A stretch of 64,000 bases of DNA from contig CM119270.1 of NCBI GenBank assembly GCA_051294375.1, positions 4,596,152-4,660,151 of the forward strand. The letters are read 5' to 3'. The notes under the pieces were generated by a model. That model made no database searches, was not told the origin of the DNA, and was given only the letters and a program-made list of their open reading frames with translations. Below, one piece after another: positions 38,692 to 51,569 of the stretch; position 1 is the stretch's first letter, and every line of letters begins with the position of its first letter. A program made the position numbers and the translations under genes. Source of the stretch: Paraspadella gotoi (lineage: Eukaryota > Animalia > Chaetognatha).

Positions 38692-39405
38692 TTTAACAAA
38701 GAAGATTCCTGCTCGAACGAGAGAATTGATAACAGTCACAGGAATCTGGATTCCGGTTTTATTATTTCTTTCTTTTACAGAAATTTCTGAGAAATGGCGC
38801 AACTCCAACTCTATCTGGATTGAGAACCGGTCCGAGAACTGTCACGTGATGTGATTCTCATTTCTGGGAAGTTTCCGTTTCCAACTTGCGAAAACTAATG
38901 AAATCGCATTCGAGAAGCTTTTGAAATTCGAAATTAGGGTAGACATCCTAGCGGTGGGCTAACTATTCTCCTAATACTAATAATTACTATTCTCCGTGTG
39001 ACTTGAGCCGGGGACTAATGCATTGGTTTCGAAATCAAAACGTTTCAGCTAGTGAGGCTAGTTAGGCTACGATACGATTCAGAAATTCGACGCGTAGTGA
39101 TCTAACGTTTTCGATTTTTTTTATTTTGGAGCTCAAAAGTAAAGCAATTAACAAAAGCGTTTGATGCAATCGGACTGTGCATTAACTATGTATTTTGGTT
39201 TTAAAATATTTAGACTTTGGTACTTCATTTTATTCAGAGATTCCTTTTCTTCATTTTACAGGCAACAGGTTATATATATATTACAATTAAAAAGATTACA
39301 ACATACAACATTAAGTATTGAAATTAAAATTATAAAAGTAACTAATAAAGCAAAATTATAATTATATAATGTATATATATTATTCTATATATAGTATTAT
39401 ATATA

Positions 39406-39462
39406 GATAGCTTATTTATTAAATGAATGGATAATTTTTATATTGGTTGTACCAATTTCATA
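39406..39462 (+). repeat. Short dispersed repeat (probable mobile element end)
   Basis: GATAGCTTATTTATTAAATGAATGGATAATTTTTATATTGGTTGTACCAATTTCATAT is nearly identical at 48191-48249 and degenerate at 33074-33120. Confidence 0.8.
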
Positions 39463-39946
39463 TTGTAGCGGCGCGAGCGTTGATTTTTTGTTTAAAATTA
39501 TTCCTTTTCACGTTTATGCTAAGACTCCTGCTGACCCCAAGCGAAAACATGTTGAATAAATAAAGCGCGGGAAAATTGAATTTAAGAATTTCGGGACGAA
39601 AAAGAAAGAAATAAAAAAGGACGACTGGAGCTTATTTTTATTTTTAATTTCAATGTTGACCAATGACCATGCAATCGCTTAATCACCAGAATGTGTAAAA
39701 ATGTTGTTTTTATTTTTCCTTTCAGAAAAAACAAAAACCAAAAAACTGAAAATTGCTGAAGATGATCTCAAGACGTTTGTCACAGTATATTTTCTAAAGC
39801 TTGTTTATTTTTATTTCGTCGACTCGTTCATTTTTGTTTGTTTGGCTTCCAGCATTGTCCTATGTCAATGACAATGTGATGTTTTCAGTTGTTCCATAGA
39901 CTTGGAACCGTTTTGTCCATGGGACGCGAATTTCAATTCAGAGAGC

Positions 39947-42900
39947 ATGGAATCAATACTCTGCGATGAGCACCGGGTTCCCTGTTATTTGAAAACTGGA
40001 TTAAAGGATGGACCGTCTAAGGTACGTACATCTAGATATACAATATACTAGTACTAGTAGTAGATCATACATCCTCCTTGTTCCCTCTCATAAATCTTCT
40101 GTTTTCATTAACATTTACAACTATTACATAGCACAAACACTTTTACGTGTGCAGCGAGTCGGCTCTCGGTTGCAAGTTTGTCAAAAAAGCGTCTAAGATA
40201 AAGAACTTGGCCAAGTGTCCGCATCACCAATGGCGCGTCGTCGAATTGCAGGTATAAATACAAGTTAGAACTATAAAATATAATATAAAAAAATAATGTT
40301 TTTCTTTTTTCTTGTTTTTTTTCGCACTAGTGTCTGAGTCACGACGGTCGGACGATCCACTATCGTTGTCCAGAGGGTCGAAACAAAGGAAAGCCATGGT
40401 GCGGTCGCTCAGAGCTTCCCGCTGCCGTCGCGCCACTTGTCCCTAATTCTGCGGAATCCGACGCCATCGATTCGGAAAATCAACGCAACGACGTCGCTTC
40501 TGTTACTAAGTTAGTTATTCTCATTTCCCGTTTTTTAATTACTAGTATTAATTTCTCTCTCTCACTTCCTTTCATACTTCCGTTTTCCTTCAGTGTCCAG
40601 AATCATACTTCCAGCGCCGAAACTTCAAAGAGCCGCGTCTTCACCGGCCAGCCCCTCGTCAGTCACGATCAACGACCGCGTAAAGAATCGACCGCCTCCG
40701 AGACGCTCGTCAAGGATCGCGTTAAAACTCCTTCCTCGTCGCTGGCGGAAAAAATGGCCAGGATGAAGTTGACGTCAAAGGATGACAGCGTGGCTATGTC
40801 GTCCTCTCGTGACGCTGTTGGCGTAATTAAACCTAAAATGGCTATCAAAGATGACGCAGAATCGCCGGCCAAATCTCCTCGTGATGGCGAGAAAACGCAA
40901 TCCTCTAAAAACAAAGATAAAAAAACAGCGCCGCCTCGAAAAGAGGAGTCGGGACTTGTTTGTCTTCAATCCGATCCCGCTACCATAATCACCGCAGCGG
41001 CTAAAGTCTTTCCCCAGTATCTCCACCGCGTGGGTTCCTCTTCGGAGGCCATATCAAAATCAACCGCGTCAGGTTCTCTTAGCGAAAATAAATCTCAGCC
41101 GCTGCCAATCGATTCGTCGGACAGAAACAGTTCTTCGTCAGAGGCGAAATCGGGTCGCGAGATTCGAGCGAAAAGGCCAAGCAAGGATTGGCTGGAACGC
41201 TTCGTCGACGGGGGCGTCGGAGCGGCGGAAGATCGACGAGCCTCTGCCGACGAGGTCGTTGAATCCGAAGATGAAGTCATCGTCGTCGCGGAGAAGCCTC
41301 CGCCGAAAACCTACGAGAGGCGAAGAGCGGAATCTGCCACCGCCGCCGCCACTGCAGCACCCACCGCTCCGTCGTGGCGGCGCCAAGTGGCGAAAAGCGA
41401 GAGCGGCGCCTCTTCAACCTGGCGTCAGCAAACTCTGTTCGAGGTTGGCGCGGTGAAGACGACCGAGGATTCCAAGGTATCGTCGTTCATGTGAGAAAAT
41501 GATTCAAATTGACAACTGACAAGATAATTACATCTTGGCATCAATACCGCGCCTTAGGTTTTGGACCGTCTGCCCGACCGGCCTGGCTTGGATCAAAACG
41601 TGCTCGACCGCATGCTCGCTGCCGCCGGGCAGAGTGAAAAACTCTACGGCGGTCGAATGACCGAGGCTAAAGTGAATCGCGTCACCACCGTCACTGAAGA
41701 GGCGCTGGACAACCTTCAAAAGTGCTTGGCGAGGATGCCCGACCAAAGCGTGCAATTGAAGGATCCTCCGGGTAAGGATGTTCGCTTTGCGGTCGATTTT
41801 AAAGCTTTTGTCGGATACAGACTGTATTACAGTGTCTTCTTTTGAGCTGAATAAACTGATGACAGGCAGTCCATTCATTAGGGTTGCGGATTTCTTTGTT
41901 TCCTCATCAACGACATGCAATGGCTTGGCTGGCGTGGCGTGAAATGCAAGACCCTCCTTCAGGAATTCTTGCCGATGACATGGGCTTAGGTAATGAAAAT
42001 TTTTTTTCATTTTTATTGCGTTTTTGATTATGAATTATAATACTTGTAGTGTAGTAGAAAGAATATTATCTAAATTATCAAATACTAAGATGGTTTGTAC
42101 TTTGTACGCAATCTTTGTCAGGATTTGTGTTATGTATCAACTTTTTTTTCAAGGAAAGACATTAACTATGATCGCTCACGTTTTAAAGAGCAAAGAGATA
42201 GACGATGATCTCGACGAAGACAAGAAAAAAGACGACGACGACGAAAAGAACGTTTTCCAAGAAAAAAACGATAATGATGATAAAGGTAAAGTTAAAAAAA
42301 AAGTGTTAGTAAAGATATGTAATTAACTGACAATCTTTTCCTTCTTTCAGAAAACTGCGGAAATAAAAAAAGCTTAAAATTAGGTCCCAAATCCGGCGGG
42401 CTCCTTCTCAGTCGAGCGACTTTGATCGTTTGTCCCGCATCTCTGCTCTATCAGTGGAAAAAGGAGATTGAGAGAAGATGTTCCGATCGATTGGGGCTCA
42501 AGACTTTGCTGTACCACGGACCTCAAAGGTTAGATCGGCGACGGCAATTGATGTTTTCCCCGTTCTAAAACTGGAATAATAAATAAAATTTAATCGGATG
42601 TTATTTTCTAGACCGGCCAGTCCCGGCGAAGTGGTCGACAACGACTTCGTGATCACCACGTACACTTTGATGTCTTCGGAGGGAAAGTTACCGGGTAAAC
42701 TAAAAATAAATGTAGTCTAAATTATAGTACATAATTCATAAAAAACTAACATAAGCTAACTTAAAAAAAACGAATCCGCCTTCGAGGCGACGACGCGAAG
42801 AGGAAGTGGCACGAGAGCAAAGCGGAGGATCGTCCCGCCGCCGACGTCGACGCCTCTCACTTCGTGCGGAGTCCGCTCTTTCGCGTCGGGTGGCGACGCG

Positions 42901-45392
42901 TCGTTCTGGACGAGGCTCACGTCATCAAGAATCACAAGTCGCAGACATCAGTGAGTTTTACGCGGTTTTTTTTTATGGCCATTTTTTTTGGAGTTTGTTC
43001 CGAATATATTCGGCGTTTTAAACTTTTCCTTAATTTGCGTAGTTAATTTCTAATTTTTACGACTTTTTGTTGCTATTTTTTCTTTCGAAAAATTCTCGCC
43101 AATGAACCCTATTTTGATTTTTTTTTAAATTTATTTTGCGCTGGTCAGAAATCTGCTTGCCGACTCCGCGCCAAGTATCGATGGGCGCTGACGGGCACGC
43201 CCATTCAAAACCAGCTGCTCGACATGTTCGCCCTCATTCGATTTCTTCGCGTCTCGCCTTTTGATGAATTTAAATTATGGAAGCGACAGGTAGACGACTG
43301 AAAATGACTATGAGTGTGAAACGATTTCTCAAACCCATTTTACTCGCCATGCAATTCTTTATTCAAATATTGCATCAGTAATCAACACCGTTTTGTATTT
43401 CAGGTTGAGAGCGCCCACTCCGGAGTCCAACGCCTCCAGGTTTTGGTGCAGACTCTGCTGCTGCGTCGAGCGAAGACGGATTTGGGTCTGGACGGGAAAG
43501 CGGTCGTGGATCTCCCGACGAAGACGGCGGAGACTCATCTGCTCGATCTTGGTCCGGACGAACGGAGAGTCTACGACAAAAGTGAACGAAAAACCGTTTG
43601 GTTTTTGGAGATCATTTCGTTTAATCACCCGAATTCTTTATTTTATCCTTTAGTCTTCGCTCAAACGAAGAACGTCTTCTTGAACTTCCTGGAAAACCGC
43701 GCTGCCGGTCAATCCAAAACGCCTTCCGTCGGGCGCCCGGCTGCTGAGGCGGACAACGACGATTCCAAGCGACCCACCCAGTCTCATATCCTCGTGCTGC
43801 TGCTTCGATTGCGTCAGGCGTGTTCGCATCTCTCGCTGCTGAAGGTAAATGCTGCCGCTGCGTTATACATGAGCTATTAGAAAACTACTTGACAAATTTC
43901 GAAAGATCATTTATCCTCGCCTGACCTTACCTTAAATCCAGAGTTCCGTCTCGTCGAAGGAAGATCGAGAGGCGGCGACGGAAGAAGGGATCGATTTCGA
44001 GTTGGAGTCGATGATGGAGAATTTGAAAACAAGAGACGATGATGAGGATGATGATGTTAATTCGACGAGCCATTCCAGTCGTGCCTCGACTTCGACAAAG
44101 CTGAAGATCGACGGCGAAACGAACTCGAAAATCTTCCGCTCGGATTTTCTCGGTTAGATTACCCCAATAAAAATATTATTCCAAAATATTGTATTTATTG
44201 AAACAAAACCTAATCACTCGCTCTTCGTAATTATAACACATTTTTAAGAAAATCGTCTAAACTTCAATTATTATTTTTTTCTCAGGAACGAAGGTGATCG
44301 CGCTCAAAGAGGCGCTTCGACTCATCATTTCTGAGAAATCTGACGAAAAGGTCGTCCTTGTTTCTCAATGGACGTCTATGCTGGACGTCTTAGCGAAACA
44401 TTTGGATAAAATGCGAATTCATTACTTAACGATCAAGGTTTTGCTATTACTCGTCGTTTTCCTTATGTTGTCTTGCGGGTGTCATTTTGTTTCTACCTTT
44501 GATTTTATTGGTAGAGTAAAACATCATTGTTTATTTTCCTTTTTTTTAACTATTGCTGTTTGAACTTCATGAAGAGGTGGAAAGATAAAACTAACGATTT
44601 CCCTTTACTCCCTATTTTTTCCCCCTTACCTTTATGTATTTTTCTCCATCTTTCCTTATTTCTTCTCTTTCCTTTACTCCTTTTCCTCATCGTTTTCTCA
44701 TCCCTTTCTTCTCTCCTCCCTTATCCCTCTTCTTCTCTCCTCCCTTATCCCCTTTATTCTCTCTCTCTTCTTCTCTCCTCCCTTATCCCCTTTCTTCTCT
44801 CTCTCTTCTTCTCTCCTCCCTTATCCCCTTTCCTCACCCGATTTCTCCCCCTCTTCCTCCCTCTACAGGGCGACACCACCCCACGACGACGCGGTGAAAT
44901 AGTGGACGAGATCAACTCCCCCTCCTCTTCCTCCCCTCGCGTCCTCCTCCTCTCTCTCCGCGCGGGCGGACTCGGCCTCAACCTCGTCGGCGCCAACCAC
45001 CTTTTCCTCCTCGACTCTCATTGGAATCCCGCGTTGGAGGCGCAGGCCGTCGACAGGGTCTACCGTCTGGGGCAAACGAGAGACGTTTACGTCCACAAGT
45101 TTCTCTGTCGGGTGGGTTTTTTTTTCTTCTCTTTATTTTAGTTTCTTTATTTCCGTTATTTCTCTCTATTTCTTTCTCTCTCTCCCCTTGCCTTTCCTCC
45201 CTCTTCTTCCTCTCTCAGGGAACGATAGAAGAGCGCATCCTGCAGATGCAGACTTCGAAACTAAAGTTGGCCGACGACATCCTCCACGGAAAAGAAGCGG
45301 AAGGCGCCTTCGTCGCCGCCCACAACAAGCTCTCCCTTGAAGACCTCATGCTCCTATTCGACGTTCCTAGGAAAAGTCAACACTCGAATTGA
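39947..45392 (+). CDS. TTF2: Transcription termination factor 2 / lodestar (SNF2-family ATPase with N-terminal GRF-type zinc finger)
   Basis: 17 exons: 39947-40021 ([25 protein letters not shown]), 40132-40251, 40331-~40509, 40594-41476, 41558-41771, 41882-41989 ([10 protein letters not shown]), 42154-42285 (KT), 42351-42528 (TLIVCPASL), 42612-42694, 42787-42950 (LDEAH), 43149-43289 (LTGTPIQN), 43404-43581, 43654-43843 (LLRLRQAC), 43942-44151, 44286-44437 (VSQWT), 44869-45111 ([22 protein letters not shown]), 45219-45392. Confidence 0.95.
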
Positions 45393-46691
45393 TTGTCAAA
45401 TTTGTTACTCTTCGTCGTGTTGCTTCTCATTCGGTGTTGCCAGTTGTATTTGATGTGTACATTTGTTGTAAAATGTACTTAAATCCTAATTTCTTAATAA
45501 ATTTCAAATTTGGTAATGATTCATAGGGGTTTACAACAAAAAAATGTTTATTTCTTATATATTTTTTTTTTCTTTAATTAAAAAAATTCGGTCCATTCTT
45601 TACTTTATTTTAATATTAATTTTCTTTTTGTCATTGACTTGCCGTCATTGAGCATTCCAATTTTTTTTCGTGAGATCGATTCAGAAAATTGTATTAAAGT
45701 TCTAATTATAGTTTTTCGAGATCAGACAAAAAAGAAATACGTACTGAGGTTATAGTGACATTTTGATTTTAGTATGCGAGAGCTATGTGTGTGTTCGAGA
45801 CATTGATTGTTAGGGAAAGAGAATGGGGAGAGCGGGAGGATGAGAGAGATCAAAGTGTAGACAAAGCGAAAGCAAGAACCAAGGTGGTCAATGGGTATCG
45901 TACTTAATAGAAATATTGTCTGACTTTCGGTCTTGCTTAGTGGACGACGCTGTGGACTGACGTCACCTTCCTGCTATTCCAAGTAGTGGCGCAAAGGGCG
46001 GAAGACGTAGGGACTCCCGGCAGAGCGGGCAAACTCTGACATGGATCTTACAAAAGTAACATCTCATATCACTCAGCTTGTGAAAACAGAGAAACATAGT
46101 AAGGAAAAAAAGGACAAGAGGTTGAAGTATTACGACTCGTCTCTTCTCACAAGTACCTAAAAAAAAAGTTGCAAACCCTGGGACACTAATTTAATTTGCT
46201 AGAGGAAATAAACTCACTTTGTTGAAGTAAACTTATGTTGAAGTAAACGTATCAAACATAGAACGGTCTGTCATTTGGACGACGAATGTTGCAACCTCAA
46301 CCGGCTCACAAATTTGACATCAGATTTTTCAGAAAGTTAACTAAATCAGAAACGTGCTGCATACAATGTTGCTTATTACCAATATTTACTATATCGCGGC
46401 TCCTACATTATTTATAAGCTTTATCCATATGTAACATTTACTAGACGCGTGCTATAACGCGTGCTTTTTTTATGTGACCGAGATAAAATATCTCCCCCAA
46501 GGACGTTTTCATACCTGACAATATACGAATCTTGAAAGACCAGTATTTCTAGAAAATTAAAAAACCTTGATATTCTGGCTGCAAGAGTCGGTATTTCATT
46601 TCTCATATTCTGGCCGTCGATTGACAAGAAATTTCCACCGAAATAATTGATTAGTGACTTGTACCAATATTCGCGGTTAAGTTTCTCAGCA

Positions 46692-48783
46692 ATGACGTCG
46701 CTAAGCTTTTACGTTTTTATCGTCGCTCTCGTCGGCGTCGACGTCGCCACGTCTTCACCGGCGTGCTCTTCTCAAATCGGCACCGATTACTCGGGACCCA
46801 ATATCGATGCTTTTCCTGCCGTCAACGCTTTGGTAAATATTTGGATAAGGCGCTTAGTGGGCTGAAGACTACTATCCGTAACTTCTATGCCCCCTCATCA
46901 CAGCAGCCATGGAATGGGTCCTGGGCTTTGAACCAGGCTTGAGGGTTTTCCACTCCCCCAAGGCGGTTTAAGGCCGTCCTCACGCTTCCCGGTACTTAGT
47001 GGTCATGAGCTGAAGCCACCGGGTCACGACCGAAGGTGTCATGCTTATAGGCAGGGTGAACTTAGGCAATGCCCGACAACAAATATCTATTTTTTTCCGA
47101 ACAAAATTTAATTGTAACTTTAATTATTCCTCGAGATCTGCCAGTTGATCTGTCGCTCCGATCCTCGATGCAAATCCTACAGTTTTTACGGACCGAGAAA
47201 AGGGTGCTACTTGAAAGCCGACGCTCCGACAGGAAAGAGTTTCGTAAATTCGCAGAGCGTCTCCGGCATCTGCGGATGCGATCGCTATCGGTATCCGGCG
47301 CCGCAGGTTCAACCCGGCGTCTGTACCTCCGAATTGGGAGTGGACTACTGGGGCAATGATATCAGTAATTTCCTCGGTAAGAATATCTTCGGTGAAGGTG
47401 ACGGAGTGAGTAGTCTTATAATCTTTTGCCATTTAATGAAAACTTACTTTCTATTCAACGAAAAAATAACAAAATAAATATTTTTTTTTAGAATTGCATG
47501 TATATATTAGAGAAAGCAAAGTGATTTGGAATTTATACAACGATTTTTATTTTTAAGAGAGACGGACATGTCGAAACATGTCCGTCTCTCTTAAAAATAA
47601 AATTCGTCTAAATTCCAAAACACTTTGCTTTCTTTAATGCTAAATAACAACGAAAAAGAAAGGATTATCACATATTATATGATATCGTTAGCTTCCTCTC
47701 GTTGCCATTCTTAAACCTCTCATTTTCTCGTTTTAACTTTAAGAGGTGAGTGCTTACCACTGCCTCCAACGATGCTGGAACACCAACGGCTGCAATGCCT
47801 ACTCTTACAACGCGGACCGCCGACGTTGCTACCTCAAATCGGCGGCCAAGAATCGGATCCAACTCGGAATAGATCAAACTTCCGGGATTTGCCAGAAAGA
47901 GTTCTCCAATCCGTGCCTCGGGAAAATCGGCGTCAGCTTCCGCAGCAAGTAATTAGAAATAGGAGGAGGAAGAGGAGGAGGAGGTAGAAGGGAGGAAGAG
48001 GAGGATTAATTGATAAATTTTCTCGTAAAGGTGAAAACCGGAGGTTTGGTAGTAAAAGTAGGCATAAACCGATCCAACTAAATCTTAGAAACGGATAGAG
48101 AGAGAGATAGAAAGATAGAAAGTGAGTTATACAATATAAAAGTGTGATGGAGGCCTTAAACCACCAAAGCCTGTCCAAAGTCAGGGACAAGATAGCTTAT
48201 TTATTAAATGAATGGATAATTTTTATATTGGTTGTACCAATTTCATATATATATTGGCTGTACCAATTTCATACGTATAAATATATAATATTCGAAAGAA
48301 ACCGACTTCTCGAATCAATTTTGCCGTATTGAACTAAAAAAAACTCAAAATATAATTTCTTTCTCCTGCAGAGTTTTGCATGAGACCTTGAGCTCGATAC
48401 CAAGCTCCGCCGTCTGCCGAAACAAATGCCAGGAGACCGCCTCCTGCACCGCGTTCGAGTTCGTCCCAAAGACCGGCGAGTGTTCCATTCTGAAGCGCGC
48501 GAAAAACCCGTCGCCGGAAGTGGGCATCATTAGCGCCGCCTGCATCGACCTCCCGTTCCGCGAGCCGACGCCCTGCACCTGCTCGGTCGAGTTGGGCATC
48601 CGGTTGGCGGGTGGCGAAGCCTTCTATGCCAACACACCCGACAAGTGTCGGGACGCTTGTCAGGCCGAAAAAGATTGTCTCGCCTTTTCCTTTGAAGAAT
48701 CCTCGTCTCGGTGTCGGCTTAGCCGCGAAAACGTCGGCCAGAGATTCGTCGATGATAAGTCTATTTCTGGAATTTGCAACTAA
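46692..48783 (+). CDS. Secreted protein with four PAN/apple domains
   Basis: Signal peptide MTSLSFYVFIVALVGVDVA. Exons 46692-46832, 47136-47376, 47744-47948 and 48372-48783 are in phase. There are four repeats of C..G.DY...C...C.....C..[YF]S[FY]......C.LK......S[GA].C. Confidence 0.9.
47508..47637. repeat. Intronic hairpin/palindrome (MITE-like)
   Basis: AGAAAGCAAAGTG...TTTTAAGAGAGACGGACATGT-CGAA-ACATGTCCGTCTCTCTTAAAA...CACTTTGCTTTCT. Arms are ~60 bp with a 4-nt loop. Confidence 0.9.
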
Positions 48784-50538
48784 AGCAAAGCGCGATTTGT
48801 GTAAAGATTGGGCCGCACATTGGACGGTTTAAATTAACCATTTGTAGTACTTTTATTTTAATTTTTGTTATTTTTTATCTGTTATAAACAGATCTGGGAG
48901 CTGAGACGATAATGTTCTGGTTTCAGTGCTTCTGCTTTGATAAAGAAAAATAATAATTCTTAAGATGATTTACATTGTTGACATATGAATATGTTTAATT
49001 TTTCAAAATGACACGATTAGTATATTGAAAAGTGTCTTAATTTTTGTTTGTTTTTCTAACTGCTACATAAATCAGAAATTTCCATTAGGTAATCGTAAAT
49101 TAGGTAAAGAATACTTTATTTTATATATGTATCAATGACATCGATTAAAGGCGTGAAACAGAAACTCCGTTCCGTCTATGCTGCATTGAAACAGCATAGA
49201 AGTCAGTGATTTTGCACAGCAGAAATGCGGCAATTCCATTCCTTGTACAGAGTCTTCGTTACTTGAAGGAACCTGAATTTAAATCGAGGATTTGTTAAAA
49301 ACTATAATATTCACACAATATTATAAAAGTGTTTGCTCAAAAACAAAACTTACTTCCAAAATGGGCGGCTATTTTTTTGCGAAGTTTCTTGCTCTTTTTC
49401 TTTGGCTTCAAATACCAAAAAAAAAAAACAGAGAAGCAGAAAAACAAGAAAATGTTTTATCTTAATTAAAAATCGCTTCTAATTTTTTATTTCTAATTCG
49501 TTTTGTAAGATTATTTAGGCGTTACTCGTCATTGCGCATTCGGTTTGAATTAGTAAAACATCTACACATTAACAATCTGAAACATTTAGGAAATAATTCT
49601 TTGAGTTCCCTGATACGCTGTGTCGAGAACGATGATTTAACAACGCACAGCTAACTGGCCGTAGCTGAATTCTTACGAATGCAATGGACCGAAGCAGCGT
49701 GCTGCACGGTGTGCATTTCACACAACGTAAAATCCTCACAACGAACTTACGTGCCGAAGTAACTGATTCGGTGAGTGACCCCACAGTGAAAACAATCCGT
49801 GACACACATTAGGTGGTTGGGTTTTTTTTTTTAATAATCCCATGATCAGTATTTAAATTTAAAGCAGAAAGTTTTTATCAGAAAGACAAAAAGGTATCAC
49901 AAAGGATGACAGGAATCGCCGATTTAATCTGTGAGTGAACTCGTAATATAATTACTATAAAATATATCGGATGAATTCAATTATGGACTAAAATTAACGC
50001 CAATTTTACTGTAGGAAGAAATTGTGCGTCTTTTTCTTTTTTCCAAAAAAAAAAAAAAAAACGTGGATGAGACGATTTTTGAAAAAGAGTAAAAGCGTTT
50101 TCAAAATGTTAGTTTAGATTTTTAAATTTAGAATTTTACACCTAACAGTCAAAGGATACAGTACGGACTTTTAGGCAGTGAAAAATAGTTGGGCAATGGA
50201 CAAAGACAACTAAAAATTAATAAATGCAACAAGAAAATATGAAAAAAAAACCAAACATTAAAATTTAAATCGACGAAAATGGGCAGAACTAGAAAAAAAA
50301 CAAAGATAAACAAAACAAAACAAAACAAAAAATAATAAACAAAAACAATAAAAAAAACAAAAAAACAAAACTTAATCTTAATCTTTGCTCACGAGCGGAG
50401 CGCATGCATTGTGAGACACGGTGATGCCATGGCAACAAATCACGTAAACATGAAAACGAGAAAAAAAAAACTTGAAAAGTCGTGTGAAGCAACGGAAAGA
50501 GTGGCGAGGGATCAGCAGTGGTGGCGTAGGCGAAGTCT

Positions 50539-51513
50539 TCAACACTGCCATTCCCATACCTCCAAGTTGGTCGTGGAATCTTCGAGGGGAGACTTGGACC
50601 AAAACTGATCATTGATGTTGCAGGCGGTCGAGGTTACTGGGGTGATGCTGGAAGTCGGATGGCCTTTGATTGCCGGGGGGTAAAGACGGCGGGGGGAGGT
50701 AGGAAAGGAAGAAAGGAGAAGAGAAAAAAAGAAAAAAGGAAAGAGAAGAAAGGCGGGGAGTGGGGATGAAAAAAAAAATAAAGAGGTTGAATAAATTGTT
50801 TATGTATTCTTCTGAAAATTATATTAATGAATTATAAAGGAAATTAGTCAATATAATCTTACAAATGTTCAAATTTAAACCGGTGAATTTAACGTTCACG
50901 ATATAAATCGAATATTATTAATTAGCAAAAGACGGGGAACTATTGCGTTTGAGGGAAATGACACTGCTTGAACCCTGTTATGTAACAAAACTATTTGAAA
51001 AACCCATTACAAATTCATGACGAAGAGTTATCGGACACCAAAATACACAGACTGTGTTAATTAAGTTTCATGTCACCAAAAAACAGCTAAACAATATATA
51101 GTCCCTCTAAAAGATAATTCGGATAACAAAATCAGTTATTACACATATTTTTCATTCTGGCAATGCATATACTTTAAAAGTACCTCAGTTTTTCCTTATG
51201 CATTCCAAACTGGATAACCTGACAGATAATTGGAAAGATATATTCTTACCAACATTTCAATAAGTTAATTTTACCCGCGGTCCGAAGTAATTAATGGGAA
51301 GATACATATCTAGAAAATAACCATCTAAATAAATAAATGAATAAATAAATATATAAATGAATAAATAAATAAATGAATAAATGAATGAATAAATAATAAA
51401 TAAATAAATGAATAAATGAATAAATAAATGAATAAATGAATAATAAATAAAAAAAAAATATAAAAAAAAATAAATAAATTAAAAAAATAATAATAAATAA
51501 ATAAATAAAAAAA

Positions 51514-51569
<56 letters not shown>

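Noticed and set aside
38841-38850. TCACGTGA E-box/CLEAR-like site in the GTPase-TTF2 divergent region (also ~1788 and ~2872)
   Set aside because: A short motif expected by chance, with no functional evidence from sequence alone.
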